From positions 1,429 to 65,428 of the forward strand of contig CAZNYB010000005.1 of assembly GCA_964577155.1 (NCBI GenBank): DNA of 64,000 nucleotides. Reading direction: 5' to 3'. Source of the stretch: an uncultured Thermomicrobiales bacterium. GTDB lineage: Bacteria; Chloroflexota; Chloroflexia; Thermomicrobiales; CFX8. Positions 8,752 through 18,645 of this stretch are shown in pieces; the stretch's first letter is position 1, and each line of letters starts with the position of its first letter. A program made the position numbers and the translations under genes. Under the pieces are notes generated by a model. The model made no database searches and had not been told where the DNA came from. It worked only from the letters and a program-made list of their open reading frames with translations.

Positions 8752-10347
8752 GTGCGACTACTACACACAGTTCTTCTCTGTTCTCTCCTCGCAGCGATCA
8801 TTCCGGCCGGCGTTTCGCTGGCGAGCGAGCCTGATGTTGTTGCCAGCCGTTGGATCATCGTTGACGCGGAAACCGGCGCGATTCTTGATAGCGCCGATCC
8901 CGATACCGCCCAGCCGATGGCCAGTCTCACTAAAGTGATGACCGCACTGGTCGCCATCGAACATTCGAACCTGGATATGCTGGTAACGGTGACAAGTGGG
9001 GATCTGATCGGTGAATCTTCGGCGGGGCTGGTGTCCGGTGACGTCGTCACCCTGCGGACGTTGCTCTACGGCTTGCTGCTTCGGAGCGGGAATGACGCCG
9101 CTATGGCGATTGCCCGTTCAGTTGGCGGCAGCAACCATATCGAAAGTGACGCAGCACGAACTCAGTTCGTCGGCTGGATGAATCGCAAAGCCGAAGAACT
9201 TGAACTGCACAATACCCATTTTATGAACCCCCATGGGTTGGACCAGGATGCACACTACAGCTCGGCACACGATCTGGCGACGCTCACCCGCAACGCGCTC
9301 GAACACCCCGTTTTCAGGGAGATTTTCAGCAGCGTCGGGTACTACGATGAAGGTTATGAATTTCAGAGCGGCAACTACCTTCCAGACCTGATGAGCGGCG
9401 TTATCGGCGGGAAAACCGGCTGGACCGACGGCTGCGGGTTGTGCCTGATTGAAGTCGCCGAACAAAACGGACGCGAGATCGTTGTTGTACTCCTCAGCTC
9501 TGACTGGTCCTGGTATGAGGATGCGTTGGCACTCTTCAAACACGCACAGTCACTGCAAATGCCAGCTACCTCTGTTCCGACTGCCAGCATCATCTTTCAG
9601 AATCTGTGGAACCGCACCGATCTCCAGGTCGAGCAAGGCAAAGAATCAAGAACCTGGGTCTGGGGTAAACCAGTGTTGGAAATATCCGAAGAGGAATCAA
9701 GTGATTCAGATACCGGACTCCGCTACGAACAGCTCTTTGAGAAAGGTTCGATGGAGATAAACCAGCCGACCGCGCCTCTGGACACGGAGTGGTATGTCAC
9801 TGCAGGGCGGCTGGCCGCGATCATGATTGACGAGGAGGCCGATGTTCCGCTGGCCGGAGATCTCGACGCCATCGGTCCAACCTACGCCGATGCTCGTATT
9901 CTCCAGCAAGTTGGAGCGCACGAACCTGGCACGCTGCTCACCCAGTATCTGTCGCCAACCGGCAGCGTTCACATTGAGCCGGAGTTTGCTCGCTACGGTA
10001 TCGAGGCCGGGTCAACTGAACAAACCGGGCACGCAGTTGCCACAGTATTTGAGGAGTTCATGTGGCAGACCGTCACCGTCTATGAACAGAGTGACACCGT
10101 TCCCGGCCTGTTGTTTGAGCCACCGATCCACGCCATCGGCTATCCGATCATTGAACCGTACTGGACGACAGTCCCGATAGCCGGGACCTGGCTTGACGTG
10201 CTGGTGCAATGTTTTGAACGCCGCTGTCTGACCTACACCCCGACGAACCCGGTAGGCTGGCAGGTTGAGATGAGCAACATCGGGCTACACTGGGCGCTGT
10301 GGCAAGGCAATATCAGCCTTGTGCCCCTGGACCCGAGCGCCTACTAA
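8752..10347 (+). CDS. Secreted serine-type D-Ala-D-Ala carboxypeptidase (peptidase S11) with ~250-aa C-terminal extension
   Basis: GTG start and signal peptide (LLCSLLAAIIPAGVSLA). SxxK (ASLTK), SGN (LRSGND) and KTG (GKTGWT) motifs are present. The region after about residue 270 carries no motif I recognise. Confidence 0.85.
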   Translation: MRLLHTVLLCSLLAAIIPAGVSLASEPDVVASRWIIVDAETGAILDSADPDTAQPMASLTKVMTALVAIEHSNLDMLVTVTSGDLIGESSAGLVSGDVVTLRTLLYGLLLRSGNDAAMAIARSVGGSNHIESDAARTQFVGWMNRKAEELELHNTHFMNPHGLDQDAHYSSAHDLATLTRNALEHPVFREIFSSVGYYDEGYEFQSGNYLPDLMSGVIGGKTGWTDGCGLCLIEVAEQNGREIVVVLLSSDWSWYEDALALFKHAQSLQMPATSVPTASIIFQNLWNRTDLQVEQGKESRTWVWGKPVLEISEEESSDSDTGLRYEQLFEKGSMEINQPTAPLDTEWYVTAGRLAAIMIDEEADVPLAGDLDAIGPTYADARILQQVGAHEPGTLLTQYLSPTGSVHIEPEFARYGIEAGSTEQTGHAVATVFEEFMWQTVTVYEQSDTVPGLLFEPPIHAIGYPIIEPYWTTVPIAGTWLDVLVQCFERRCLTYTPTNPVGWQVEMSNIGLHWALWQGNISLVPLDPSAY

Positions 10348-10355
10348 ATGGCAAT

Positions 10356-11156
10356 TTACTCATCAGCCGATAGCACCTGATTCGCCAGATAGGAGAGCGC
10401 CTGGCCGGACGGCGCATCCAGTCTAAGGTCGGCAATATCGTCCAGACCAGTCTCACCCTTGTTGATTATCGCAAGGAATGCTCCCGACTCCTTGGCTACC
10501 AGCGGAACTTGCGCTGCCGGATAGACCAGGAGAGTTGAACCGACGACCAGCATCACACCTGCATGCTGAGCGATCTGAAGCGCTCGCTGGATATCAGCTT
10601 CAACCAGCGGCTGACCAAAGGCGATCGTTCCGCTCTTGACGATGCCGCCACACTCAGGGCATGGCGGCGGTCCATCCCAACCCCGAAAACGCTCCAGAAA
10701 CTCCCGTGCTGGCCAGACAGTCCCACAGTCCGTGCACCGGATCGTCTGCGTGTTGCCGTGAAGTTCGATCAGGAGGTCCGGGTTTGTGCCGCCATCAAGG
10801 TGCAAACCGTCTATGTTCTGGGTAATCGTTGCACCGAGAATCCCGGCTTGCTCAAGCCGGACCAATGCCCGGTGTCCATCATTTGGCTCCCGCCGTTCAC
10901 CGGAAATCACTCGTTGCGGGAATTCCTCCCACCACTTGAAACGGACATCCGGGTTTCCCATGAACTCCTGATAGGTTACCGGCGTCGCTTTTCCGGACGT
11001 CCAGAGCCCATCTTTTCCGCGATAGTCGGGGATGCCGGATTCGGTCGAAATACCCGCGCCGGTAAACGCCACCACCGGGGCATGAAATCGGATTATCTCA
11101 GCGAGCTCATCCAGCGCTTCGACATCCGCAACTGACAACATACTTCCGTTACTCAC
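10356..11156 (-). CDS. cobB: NAD-dependent protein deacylase, Sir2 family
   Basis: GAGISTESGIPDYRG NAD motif, QNIDGLH catalytic block, CTDCG...CPECGG zinc ribbon. GTG at 11156 or ATG at 11141 as start. Confidence 0.9.
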   Translation of the reverse strand: MSNGSMLSVADVEALDELAEIIRFHAPVVAFTGAGISTESGIPDYRGKDGLWTSGKATPVTYQEFMGNPDVRFKWWEEFPQRVISGERREPNDGHRALVRLEQAGILGATITQNIDGLHLDGGTNPDLLIELHGNTQTIRCTDCGTVWPAREFLERFRGWDGPPPCPECGGIVKSGTIAFGQPLVEADIQRALQIAQHAGVMLVVGSTLLVYPAAQVPLVAKESGAFLAIINKGETGLDDIADLRLDAPSGQALSYLANQVLSADE

Positions 11157-11286
11157 GGTCTGTCTGACTCACTCCTCTTCGTCGAATTAAGTATCTTAAG
11201 CGTACGCCATCTGTCGACCCGGACGATGGTCAGTACAGGTAAACTAGCCGCGACAGATCGGGCAAGGCTCACATGAGTGAGCGCAC

Positions 11287-13824
11287 TTGACATCATGGAG
11301 AGTAGAGAGATTGAAAGAACCAGCCATACCGACCCCGGAATCAGTAATCGGTTATCCCATGGGCACAGCTCGAAAGCTCCCGGACTGGCAGGAGATCGTT
11401 GATTATTTTGAAACTCTAGCCGAAGCTTCCGACCGGATTGAGGTCGAAACACTCGGCGAGACGACGCTCGGAAAGCCATACGTCGCTGTCACTATCTCAT
11501 CTGCCGAAAACCTGGCGCGGAGAGACGAACTACGCGAGATCAACGCCATGCTCTACAACCCGGCCAACCTGAGCGACGAAGAAACACAAGACTTGATCGA
11601 GCGCGGGCGGACAACGAATTTCCTACTGCTCAGCCAGCATTCGTCCGAAATTGGCAGCTGTCTGATGTCGCTGGAGCTGGCTGCTCAACTAGCATCCGGC
11701 AACGATCCTGAAACACTGGAAATACTTGAAAACACCGTCACCGTCATCGTCCCGAACCACAACCCCGACGGTCATCAAATGGAGGTGGACTGGTACCGGA
11801 AGTGGCTGGACACGGAATACGAAGGCCAGGGCATGCCATGGCTCTACCACCACTATGTTGGACATGATAATAATCGTGACTGGTTCATGCTTACCCAGCA
11901 AGAGACCCGTCTCTACGTCGAGCTTCACAATCGCGAGCACCCGCAGATGGTCTTCGATATGCACCAGATGCAACGGGACGGGGCGCGGTTTATGGTCCCG
12001 CCGTTCATTGACCCGCTGGACCCGAATCAGGATCCGCTGATCCAGCAGGGATTTGCTGACCTGGGAACCTATATCGCGTCGCGCATGACAGCCGAAGGAC
12101 TGACCGGCGTTGCCACGAACATCATTTTCGACAACTACTCGCCTTCGCTAGCCTACGGCAACTATCATGGCAGCGTCGACCTGCTGTCTGAGGCTGCCAG
12201 CGTTAAACTGGCAACCCCGGTGACGGTCAAAGAAAAAGAGTTCAACAAAGAACGCGGCTTTGATCCCTCCCAACGAACCTGGAACCACCCGATGCCCTGG
12301 AAAGGCGGTGAATGGACGCTGGCGGAAATTGTCGAGTATGACCGCGTAGCCGCGTTGGCGTTCATCGAACACGCCGCCAGAAACCGCCGTCAGTGGTTGC
12401 GAAACTACATTGCGATCAACAAACGAACACTTGAGCGCTCCGAACCGCCGTTCGCCTACCTGATCCCCGAGGACCAGCATGATCCGATTACTGCTTATGA
12501 GCTGCTGGCAACACTCCAGACCGGCGCGGTTGAGATCGAACAGGTGACGGCCACATTTGAAGCTGATGGCGTCCGATATCCGGCAGGAACCCGGTTGATC
12601 AGAGTCCGGCAACCCTCTGGAAATTACGTAAAGACACTGCTGGAGATTCAGAAGTATCCTGATCTTCGCCAGTGGCCGGACGGACCGCCAGCTCCCCCAT
12701 ATGACATCACCGGCCACACTCTCGGACTTCAGATGAACGTCAACGTCGTTGAAATCAAACAGGAGTTCGAGGTCGAGTCCGAATCTTTTACTCCGGAACG
12801 TCCTGCCGGAAAAGTGCATGGAGAGGGGCGGGTCGGCTACCTCATTTCAGGAAACGTAAACGAATCATATGCCGCGATGAACCAGGCGCTCAAGGCAGGG
12901 TTGACGCTGCACCGGCTTGCGGAGTCCGATGAAGCACACAACATGCCAACCGGTTCGTTTATTGTGTTGAAGAGGGGCGATCCGAGATCAAAACTGGAGG
13001 AAATCGCCAAAACCACCGGCGTCCAGATCTATGGAATCGATGACAAGCTGGAGAAAAAGACCGTCACCGTCAAACAACCTCGCATTGGGATCTATAAATC
13101 ATGGGTAAGCAACATTGACGAAGGATGGTGCCGCTGGATTCTCGAACGATACGAATTCGACTACGAAACACTGCACGATAACGACATCAAACAGGGCAAC
13201 CTGGCCGAACGCTTCGACGCTATCCTGCTGCCTCAGCAAGCGCCAAAAGCAATGCTTGAGGGCATCCCGGAAAAGAACAAATATGACGAAAAATACCCGC
13301 CTGACTACATTGGCGGTCTGGGTACTCTCGGCGCGAACGCGCTTCGGGATTTCGCCGAGAATGGAGGAACGCTCATCGCACTAGACACCGCCTGCGACTT
13401 CGTTATCGATCACCTCTATCTCCCGGTCAAAAACACGGTTGCCGGTCTGAAACAAGAGGAGTTTTACTGTCCTGGATCATTGCTCCGCATCGTTGTCGAT
13501 GACACGCACCAGTTGGGATACGGGATGCATCGCGACGAGGTCGCCTCCTTCGTCAACAGCCCGGTCTACGAGCTGATTGAGAGCGATGCTGGCGCCATCG
13601 TTGCCAGGTATGCGCCAAACAACCCTCGGCTAAGCGGCTGGATCATGGGCGAAGAAAAGCTGGCAGGCAAAGGCGCAGTAATCGACGTTCCAATCGGCAA
13701 CGGGAGAGCCGTTCTTATCGCATTTCGCGCTCAGTTCCGTGCTCAGTCACGTGGTAGTTACCGGTTTCTCTTCAATGCGCTGACCAGCTCGGTCCAGAAG
13801 CCAAGCCAGCTGCGATTGATGTAA
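11287..13824 (+). CDS. Large M14-family metallocarboxypeptidase-like protein with extra C-terminal domains
   Basis: QHSSEIGS (HxxE), PNHNPDGH and FDMHQM blocks in the N-terminal third are typical of M14. ~845 aa. TTG start is uncertain (alternative TTG at 11311). Confidence 0.7.
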   Translation: MTSWRVERLKEPAIPTPESVIGYPMGTARKLPDWQEIVDYFETLAEASDRIEVETLGETTLGKPYVAVTISSAENLARRDELREINAMLYNPANLSDEETQDLIERGRTTNFLLLSQHSSEIGSCLMSLELAAQLASGNDPETLEILENTVTVIVPNHNPDGHQMEVDWYRKWLDTEYEGQGMPWLYHHYVGHDNNRDWFMLTQQETRLYVELHNREHPQMVFDMHQMQRDGARFMVPPFIDPLDPNQDPLIQQGFADLGTYIASRMTAEGLTGVATNIIFDNYSPSLAYGNYHGSVDLLSEAASVKLATPVTVKEKEFNKERGFDPSQRTWNHPMPWKGGEWTLAEIVEYDRVAALAFIEHAARNRRQWLRNYIAINKRTLERSEPPFAYLIPEDQHDPITAYELLATLQTGAVEIEQVTATFEADGVRYPAGTRLIRVRQPSGNYVKTLLEIQKYPDLRQWPDGPPAPPYDITGHTLGLQMNVNVVEIKQEFEVESESFTPERPAGKVHGEGRVGYLISGNVNESYAAMNQALKAGLTLHRLAESDEAHNMPTGSFIVLKRGDPRSKLEEIAKTTGVQIYGIDDKLEKKTVTVKQPRIGIYKSWVSNIDEGWCRWILERYEFDYETLHDNDIKQGNLAERFDAILLPQQAPKAMLEGIPEKNKYDEKYPPDYIGGLGTLGANALRDFAENGGTLIALDTACDFVIDHLYLPVKNTVAGLKQEEFYCPGSLLRIVVDDTHQLGYGMHRDEVASFVNSPVYELIESDAGAIVARYAPNNPRLSGWIMGEEKLAGKGAVIDVPIGNGRAVLIAFRAQFRAQSRGSYRFLFNALTSSVQKPSQLRLM

Positions 13825-13999
13825 CTGGACGCCCGTAAGAGTGGGTGAACTCATCCCATCTGGAATTTGACAGCAGCAGCTTGAGGCTATTGCTGATCGC
13901 GAATCTATTTCGATTTGATACAGTGTATTGTGGATCAGGAAGTACTGATCTATGCACACGAGCACGCTCGTGCTATAAACCTGATAGAAGGAGAGTCCC

Positions 14000-14104
14000 A
14001 TGCGGCAATCGTTGAAGAACCCTGTGGCCAGAAGTTTCTTCAGCGAAAGTGCTATGCATGGCGACTGTCAACATCGGAATCCTGGCGCATGTAGACGCCG
14101 GTAA
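14000..14104 (+). promoter_or_regulatory. Candidate 34-codon leader uORF overlapping the start of the Tet(M)-like gene
   Basis: GAAGGAGAG (13987-13995) ends 4 nt before ATG 14000. The ORF MRQSLKNPVARSFFSESAMHGDCQHRNPGACRRR stops at 14102-14104, out of frame with and 44 nt past the GTPase ATG at 14058, which itself has only a weak Shine-Dalgarno. Confidence 0.3.
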
Positions 14105-16034
14105 AACAAGCCTCACCGAACGTATCCTCTTCGAGACTGGCATCATCTCCTCCATCGGGAGCGTCGACAAGGGCACGACCCAGACCGACACGCTGGAGTT
14201 GGAGCGAACGCGCGGTATCACGATCAAATCGGCTGTCGTTTCGTTTCAGCTTGGTGATCTCAAAGTCAATCTCATAGACACGCCCGGGCACAGCGACTTC
14301 ATTGCCGAGGTCGAGCGGTCTCTGCGTGTGCTAGACGGAGTCGTCCTGGTCGTCTCTGCCGTCGAGGGAGTGCAACCGCAGACTCGCCGTTTGGCGCAGG
14401 CAATTCGAGCAGCCGGGCTCCCGCTGTTCATATTTGTGAACAAGATCGACCGGATCGGCGCGCGAGGCGCGCCATTGATCGACGACATTCGTAAGAAGCT
14501 GGCAGTTCGGGTCGTGTGCATGAACGACGTGACGAACATTGGCTCCCGCCAGGCAGAAATCAGCAGCTACGAACTTGACCATCCGGACTGGCGGGAGCCG
14601 GTGATCGATCTCCTGGCCGAAGCCAACGAACTGGTCATTGAGGAGTTCGATCGTACAGACGGTCGGCTGGATGACGCCTTTTTGAGAGCCGAACTACGGG
14701 CGCAGATTTCTGGAAACGAGATTGTGCCAGCCTTCTTTGGTTCGGCAATCACCGGCGCTGGTGTTTCAGAATTGCTTGCCGGTATCGAAACGTGGATGCC
14801 AGCGGCAGAGGAAGACCGGACGTCACCTCCCGCTGGTATCGTGTTCAAAATCACTCGTGAACCATCCGGTCAAAAGCTGGTCTATGTTCGGCTCTTCACC
14901 GGCGAAATTGGGACGCGTCAATACGTCAAGGTCTACCACCAGAGCACACCAGGCGATTGTGAAGACCTTGAACAGGATGAGGAGCGCATCACCGGTATCG
15001 ATCGCTTTGTCGAAGGATCGACCATACGCGGCGACACGGTTGTTGCCGGAGAGATCTCTATCTTGCATGGCATACATACCGCCCGGATCGGGGACGGCAT
15101 TGGCCATGAGAGGCCGATACCGCAACCAGACCCTCCTGCGTTTCCCAGACCGGTCCTGGAAAGCATTGTCCAGCCAAACGAAAGCGATGAGCTCGTGCAA
15201 TTGCGAACCGCGCTGGAGGAACTTGCCGAACAGGATCCGCTCATCACATTGCGCCAGAGCAATGATGCAGGTGAGATCTCGGTCTGCCTCTTCGGCGAGG
15301 TCCAGAAGGAGGTCATGCAGGAGACGCTCTCCCGCGAGTATGGAATCAAGGTGACCTTCGGCGCAAGCCAGACGATTTGTTTCGAACGCCCGACTGGCGT
15401 TGGCGAATACACTGTACTCATTGATTCAGACGAAAACCCTTGTTATGCAACCGTCGGTTTCCGCATTCAGCCCGGCGAACGTGGAACAGGTATCGGCTAC
15501 GAGCGCCAGCTAGGGTCTCTTCCGCTCGCCTTTTACCGGGCAATCGAAGAGACGGTCTATAAAACGCTCACCCAGGGACTGGCTGGCTGGAACGTCACCG
15601 ACTGTGCCGTCACCCTCACCCAGGTTGGAATGAATCCACTCAGCACTGCCGCAGACTTCCGCAAACTGACACCAGTTGTGTTGATAGAGACGCTTCGTCT
15701 GGCCGGCACCGAGGTTTGTGAGCCGGTCGAACGAGTTGATCTCAGGATACCCGAGGATACCTTCGGCGCGGTCTGTGGCGTCGTCATCAACGGACGCGGA
15801 ACGATTCAAGATGCGTTTTTAGAAGGAGAGGATTACCGCATTATTTGCGAGATCCCGACGGTGGAGCTCCCGGCAATCGAGCAGCAGTTGCCTGGCTTGA
15901 CACGCGGTGAGGGAGACTGGGTCTCAAAACTTGCCGGGTATATTCCCGTAACCGAAGACGTTCCTGTGCGATCTCGTGTCGGTCCGAACCCGCTCAACCG
16001 GGCACACTACTGGGCTGAGGTGTCCCAGACATAA
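14058..16034 (+). CDS. Translation-factor GTPase of the Tet(M)/Tet(O)/Otr(A) ribosomal-protection type
   Basis: NIGILAHVDAGKTS (G1), DTPGH (G3), NKID (G4). GSVDKGTTQTD..ERTRGITIKS and GLAGWNVTDC...STAADFRKLTPVVL blocks parallel Tet(M) along the full ~660 aa length. ORF track starts at GTG 14049; ATG 14058 (MATVNIG) is preferred. Confidence 0.8.
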   Translation: MATVNIGILAHVDAGKTSLTERILFETGIISSIGSVDKGTTQTDTLELERTRGITIKSAVVSFQLGDLKVNLIDTPGHSDFIAEVERSLRVLDGVVLVVSAVEGVQPQTRRLAQAIRAAGLPLFIFVNKIDRIGARGAPLIDDIRKKLAVRVVCMNDVTNIGSRQAEISSYELDHPDWREPVIDLLAEANELVIEEFDRTDGRLDDAFLRAELRAQISGNEIVPAFFGSAITGAGVSELLAGIETWMPAAEEDRTSPPAGIVFKITREPSGQKLVYVRLFTGEIGTRQYVKVYHQSTPGDCEDLEQDEERITGIDRFVEGSTIRGDTVVAGEISILHGIHTARIGDGIGHERPIPQPDPPAFPRPVLESIVQPNESDELVQLRTALEELAEQDPLITLRQSNDAGEISVCLFGEVQKEVMQETLSREYGIKVTFGASQTICFERPTGVGEYTVLIDSDENPCYATVGFRIQPGERGTGIGYERQLGSLPLAFYRAIEETVYKTLTQGLAGWNVTDCAVTLTQVGMNPLSTAADFRKLTPVVLIETLRLAGTEVCEPVERVDLRIPEDTFGAVCGVVINGRGTIQDAFLEGEDYRIICEIPTVELPAIEQQLPGLTRGEGDWVSKLAGYIPVTEDVPVRSRVGPNPLNRAHYWAEVSQT

Positions 16035-16104
16035 CGACCACCCGAACACCATAGAGGTTGGCAGAGTGCAAGTAGCCAATCGATGGCGTACATGAACTGT
16101 TCAA

Positions 16105-16132
16105 TTCACAGTCGATATTCAGTAGATATAAT
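16105..16132 (+). promoter_or_regulatory. Putative sigma70-type promoter of the aconitase gene
   Basis: TTCACA (16105-16110), 16-nt spacer, TATAAT (16127-16132). Would give a ~190-nt leader. Confidence 0.35.
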
Positions 16133-16326
16133 ATGTGTAGCTAATCCGGCGCAACAGAGAATCGGGTTGCAGCCGGGAAGCTGTTAGCCTTTGCTGGCTT
16201 CTAATACTTCGCATCTATAAAGGAAGTCAACACACGCCATTATGTGAGTGAAGGGGCTAGCAGCAGAACGTTCATTGCCGTTGACCATCGGATGCCAACC
16301 GGCAATTCAGGAAAAGAGAACCTCAA

Positions 16327-18636
16327 ATGACAGCACAAGGACCTCCAGTCATCGAAACAACGCCGGAGATGGTTCGGAAGGTGTATGAAACCATCGAAGC
16401 AAACCTTGAAATCATCCGTAACCGGCTGAACCGCCCGCTGACGCTAATGGAAAAGATCGTGCTCGGCCATCTCGATGATCCGGCTGGCCAGGAACTGGAC
16501 GCCGGTGAAAGCTACATCATGGTTCGCCCTGACCGGGTCGCCATGCAGGATGCAACCGCGCAGATGGCGGTGCTGCAGTTCATGCAGGCCGGAAAGAAGG
16601 CAGTCGCACTGCCGACGACAATCCACTGCGATCATCTCGTTCGGGCGCACGTTGGCGCGGCGAACGACCTGATAACCGCCAATTCAGAAAATCGCGAAGT
16701 CTATGACTTCCTCGGTTCGGCGGCGGCGAAGTATGGCATTGGTTTCTGGGAACCTGGCTCAGGAATTATCCATCAGGTTGTCCTTGAGAAGTACGCATTT
16801 CCCGGCGGCTTGATGATCGGCACCGATTCGCACACGCCAAACCAGGGCGGGCTGGGCATGATCGCCGTCGGTGTCGGCGGCGCGGACGCAGTTGACGTCA
16901 TGGCCGGGTTCCCCTGGGAAGTTAAGTACCCGAAGAAGATCGCGATCTACCTTGAAGGCGAGATGAGCGGCTGGACGGCGTCGAAAGATGTCATCCTGAA
17001 AGTCGCTGAGATTCTGACCGTCAAAGGCGGCACCAATCACATCGTCGAGTACATCGGCCCGGGCGCTCGATCTATCTCCTGCACCGGCAAAGGCACCATC
17101 ACCAACATGGGCGCGGAGCTTGGGGCGACAACGTCGATTTTCCCGTTTGACAATCGCATGGACGTTTTCTTGCGCGCTACCAACCGGGTAGAAATTGCCG
17201 ATCTTGCCCAGGAATACCGGCATCTGCTTGAACCTGATCCAGATGTTGAAGAAGATCCAGAGCGCTACTACGACCGGGTTGTCCGCATCGATCTTTCGAC
17301 CTTGGAACCGCACATCGTCGGGCCGCACACGCCCGATCTGGCACGGCCTGTCTCGGAAATGGCGACGGCCGTCGAGCGTGAAGGGTATCCAGACAATCTG
17401 GCAGCGGCGCTGGTCGGCAGCTGCACGAACTCTTCGTACGAGGATATCGTCCGCGCGACGTTCATCGCCGAACAGGCGCTGGCTCACGGCACGAAGATGG
17501 CAGCTCCATTCTTTATCACACCTGGTTCGGAGCAGATCCGGAGAACGGTCGAACGCGACGGTATGCTCGACCGGTTGACCGAAGTCGGCGGGAAAATTCT
17601 GGCGAACGCTTGCGGTCCATGCATCGGCCAGTGGCAGCGCGACGATCTGGAGTTCGATCCGAACGATGTCGACAACACGAAAGCCCGCAACAGTATTATC
17701 AATTCGTTCAATCGCAATTTCCCACGCAGAAACGACGGCAATCCGAGCACGCTGGCGTTCATCGGTAGCCCGGAGATCGTGGTCGCCTACGGGTTGGCGG
17801 GACGGCTGTCCTTCAACCCGCTCGAAGATGATCTGTACGACAGTGACGGTAACCCGTGGAAACTCAGCCCACCGCCGGTAGCGCCGGAACTCCCTGAAGG
17901 TGGTTACGTTCCAGTCAGCAGCGGCTACGTGCCGCCATCAACCGATCCGGACAACGTGGAAGTCGTCATCAAGCCAGGCAGCGAGCGACTACAGGTGCTG
18001 GAGCCGTTCGACGCCTGGGACGGTGAAGACATGCTCGACCTACCAGTGCTCTTCAAGGCGATCGGGAAATGCACGACCGATCATATTTCCCCCGCCGGAC
18101 GCTGGCTGCGGTTCCGAGGGCACATTGACAATATCAGCAATAACATGATGATTGGGGCTATCAATGCCTACACCGGCAAGGCTGGTACAACGAAGAACCT
18201 GCTGACCGGTGAGACCGATCAACCCGCGGCGGATGTTGCCCGGGCTTACAAGGAAGCCGGACTACGCTGGGTGATCGTCGGGGATGAAAACCTCGGCGAA
18301 GGCAGCAGCCGTGAACATGCCGCTATGGAACCACGGTACCTTGGCGCAGGAGCGATCATCGCCAAGAGTTTCGCGCGAATCTATGAATCAAATCTCAAAA
18401 AGCAGGGCATCTTGCCGTTGACCTTCGTCAACCCGGATGACTATGACCTGATTGAGGAAGATGACCGGATGAGCCTCGTCGAACTTGCTGATCTTTCGCC
18501 GGGAGAATCAGTCATGTTGCGCATCAGCCATAGCGATGGCAGCTTTGACATCGTCGAACTGCGGCATACGCTAAATGACGAGCAGATTGACTGGTTTAAA
18601 GCCGGGTCGGCGCTGAATGTGCTCGGTGATGGCTAA
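16327..18636 (+). CDS. acn: Aconitate hydratase (short, mitochondrial-type)
   Basis: IHCDHL, GTDSHTPN, CTNSSYED and NACGPCIGQW Fe-S ligand blocks, SREHAA swivel-domain motif. 769 aa. Confidence 0.9.
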   Translation: MTAQGPPVIETTPEMVRKVYETIEANLEIIRNRLNRPLTLMEKIVLGHLDDPAGQELDAGESYIMVRPDRVAMQDATAQMAVLQFMQAGKKAVALPTTIHCDHLVRAHVGAANDLITANSENREVYDFLGSAAAKYGIGFWEPGSGIIHQVVLEKYAFPGGLMIGTDSHTPNQGGLGMIAVGVGGADAVDVMAGFPWEVKYPKKIAIYLEGEMSGWTASKDVILKVAEILTVKGGTNHIVEYIGPGARSISCTGKGTITNMGAELGATTSIFPFDNRMDVFLRATNRVEIADLAQEYRHLLEPDPDVEEDPERYYDRVVRIDLSTLEPHIVGPHTPDLARPVSEMATAVEREGYPDNLAAALVGSCTNSSYEDIVRATFIAEQALAHGTKMAAPFFITPGSEQIRRTVERDGMLDRLTEVGGKILANACGPCIGQWQRDDLEFDPNDVDNTKARNSIINSFNRNFPRRNDGNPSTLAFIGSPEIVVAYGLAGRLSFNPLEDDLYDSDGNPWKLSPPPVAPELPEGGYVPVSSGYVPPSTDPDNVEVVIKPGSERLQVLEPFDAWDGEDMLDLPVLFKAIGKCTTDHISPAGRWLRFRGHIDNISNNMMIGAINAYTGKAGTTKNLLTGETDQPAADVARAYKEAGLRWVIVGDENLGEGSSREHAAMEPRYLGAGAIIAKSFARIYESNLKKQGILPLTFVNPDDYDLIEEDDRMSLVELADLSPGESVMLRISHSDGSFDIVELRHTLNDEQIDWFKAGSALNVLGDG

Positions 18637-18645
18637 CCAGATAAG

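Noticed and set aside
12148-12819. 223-aa minus-strand ORF
   Set aside because: Antisense to the M14-family gene, with no motif. Shadow ORF.
16140-16188. IRE-like element in the aconitase leader
   Set aside because: The hairpin is present but its loop (AGAGAATCGG) lacks the CAGUGN hexaloop and C-bulge of iron-responsive elements. It is kept only as a generic structured leader.
16759-17487. 242-aa minus-strand ORF
   Set aside because: Antisense to the aconitase gene, whose frame carries all Fe-S ligand motifs. Shadow ORF.
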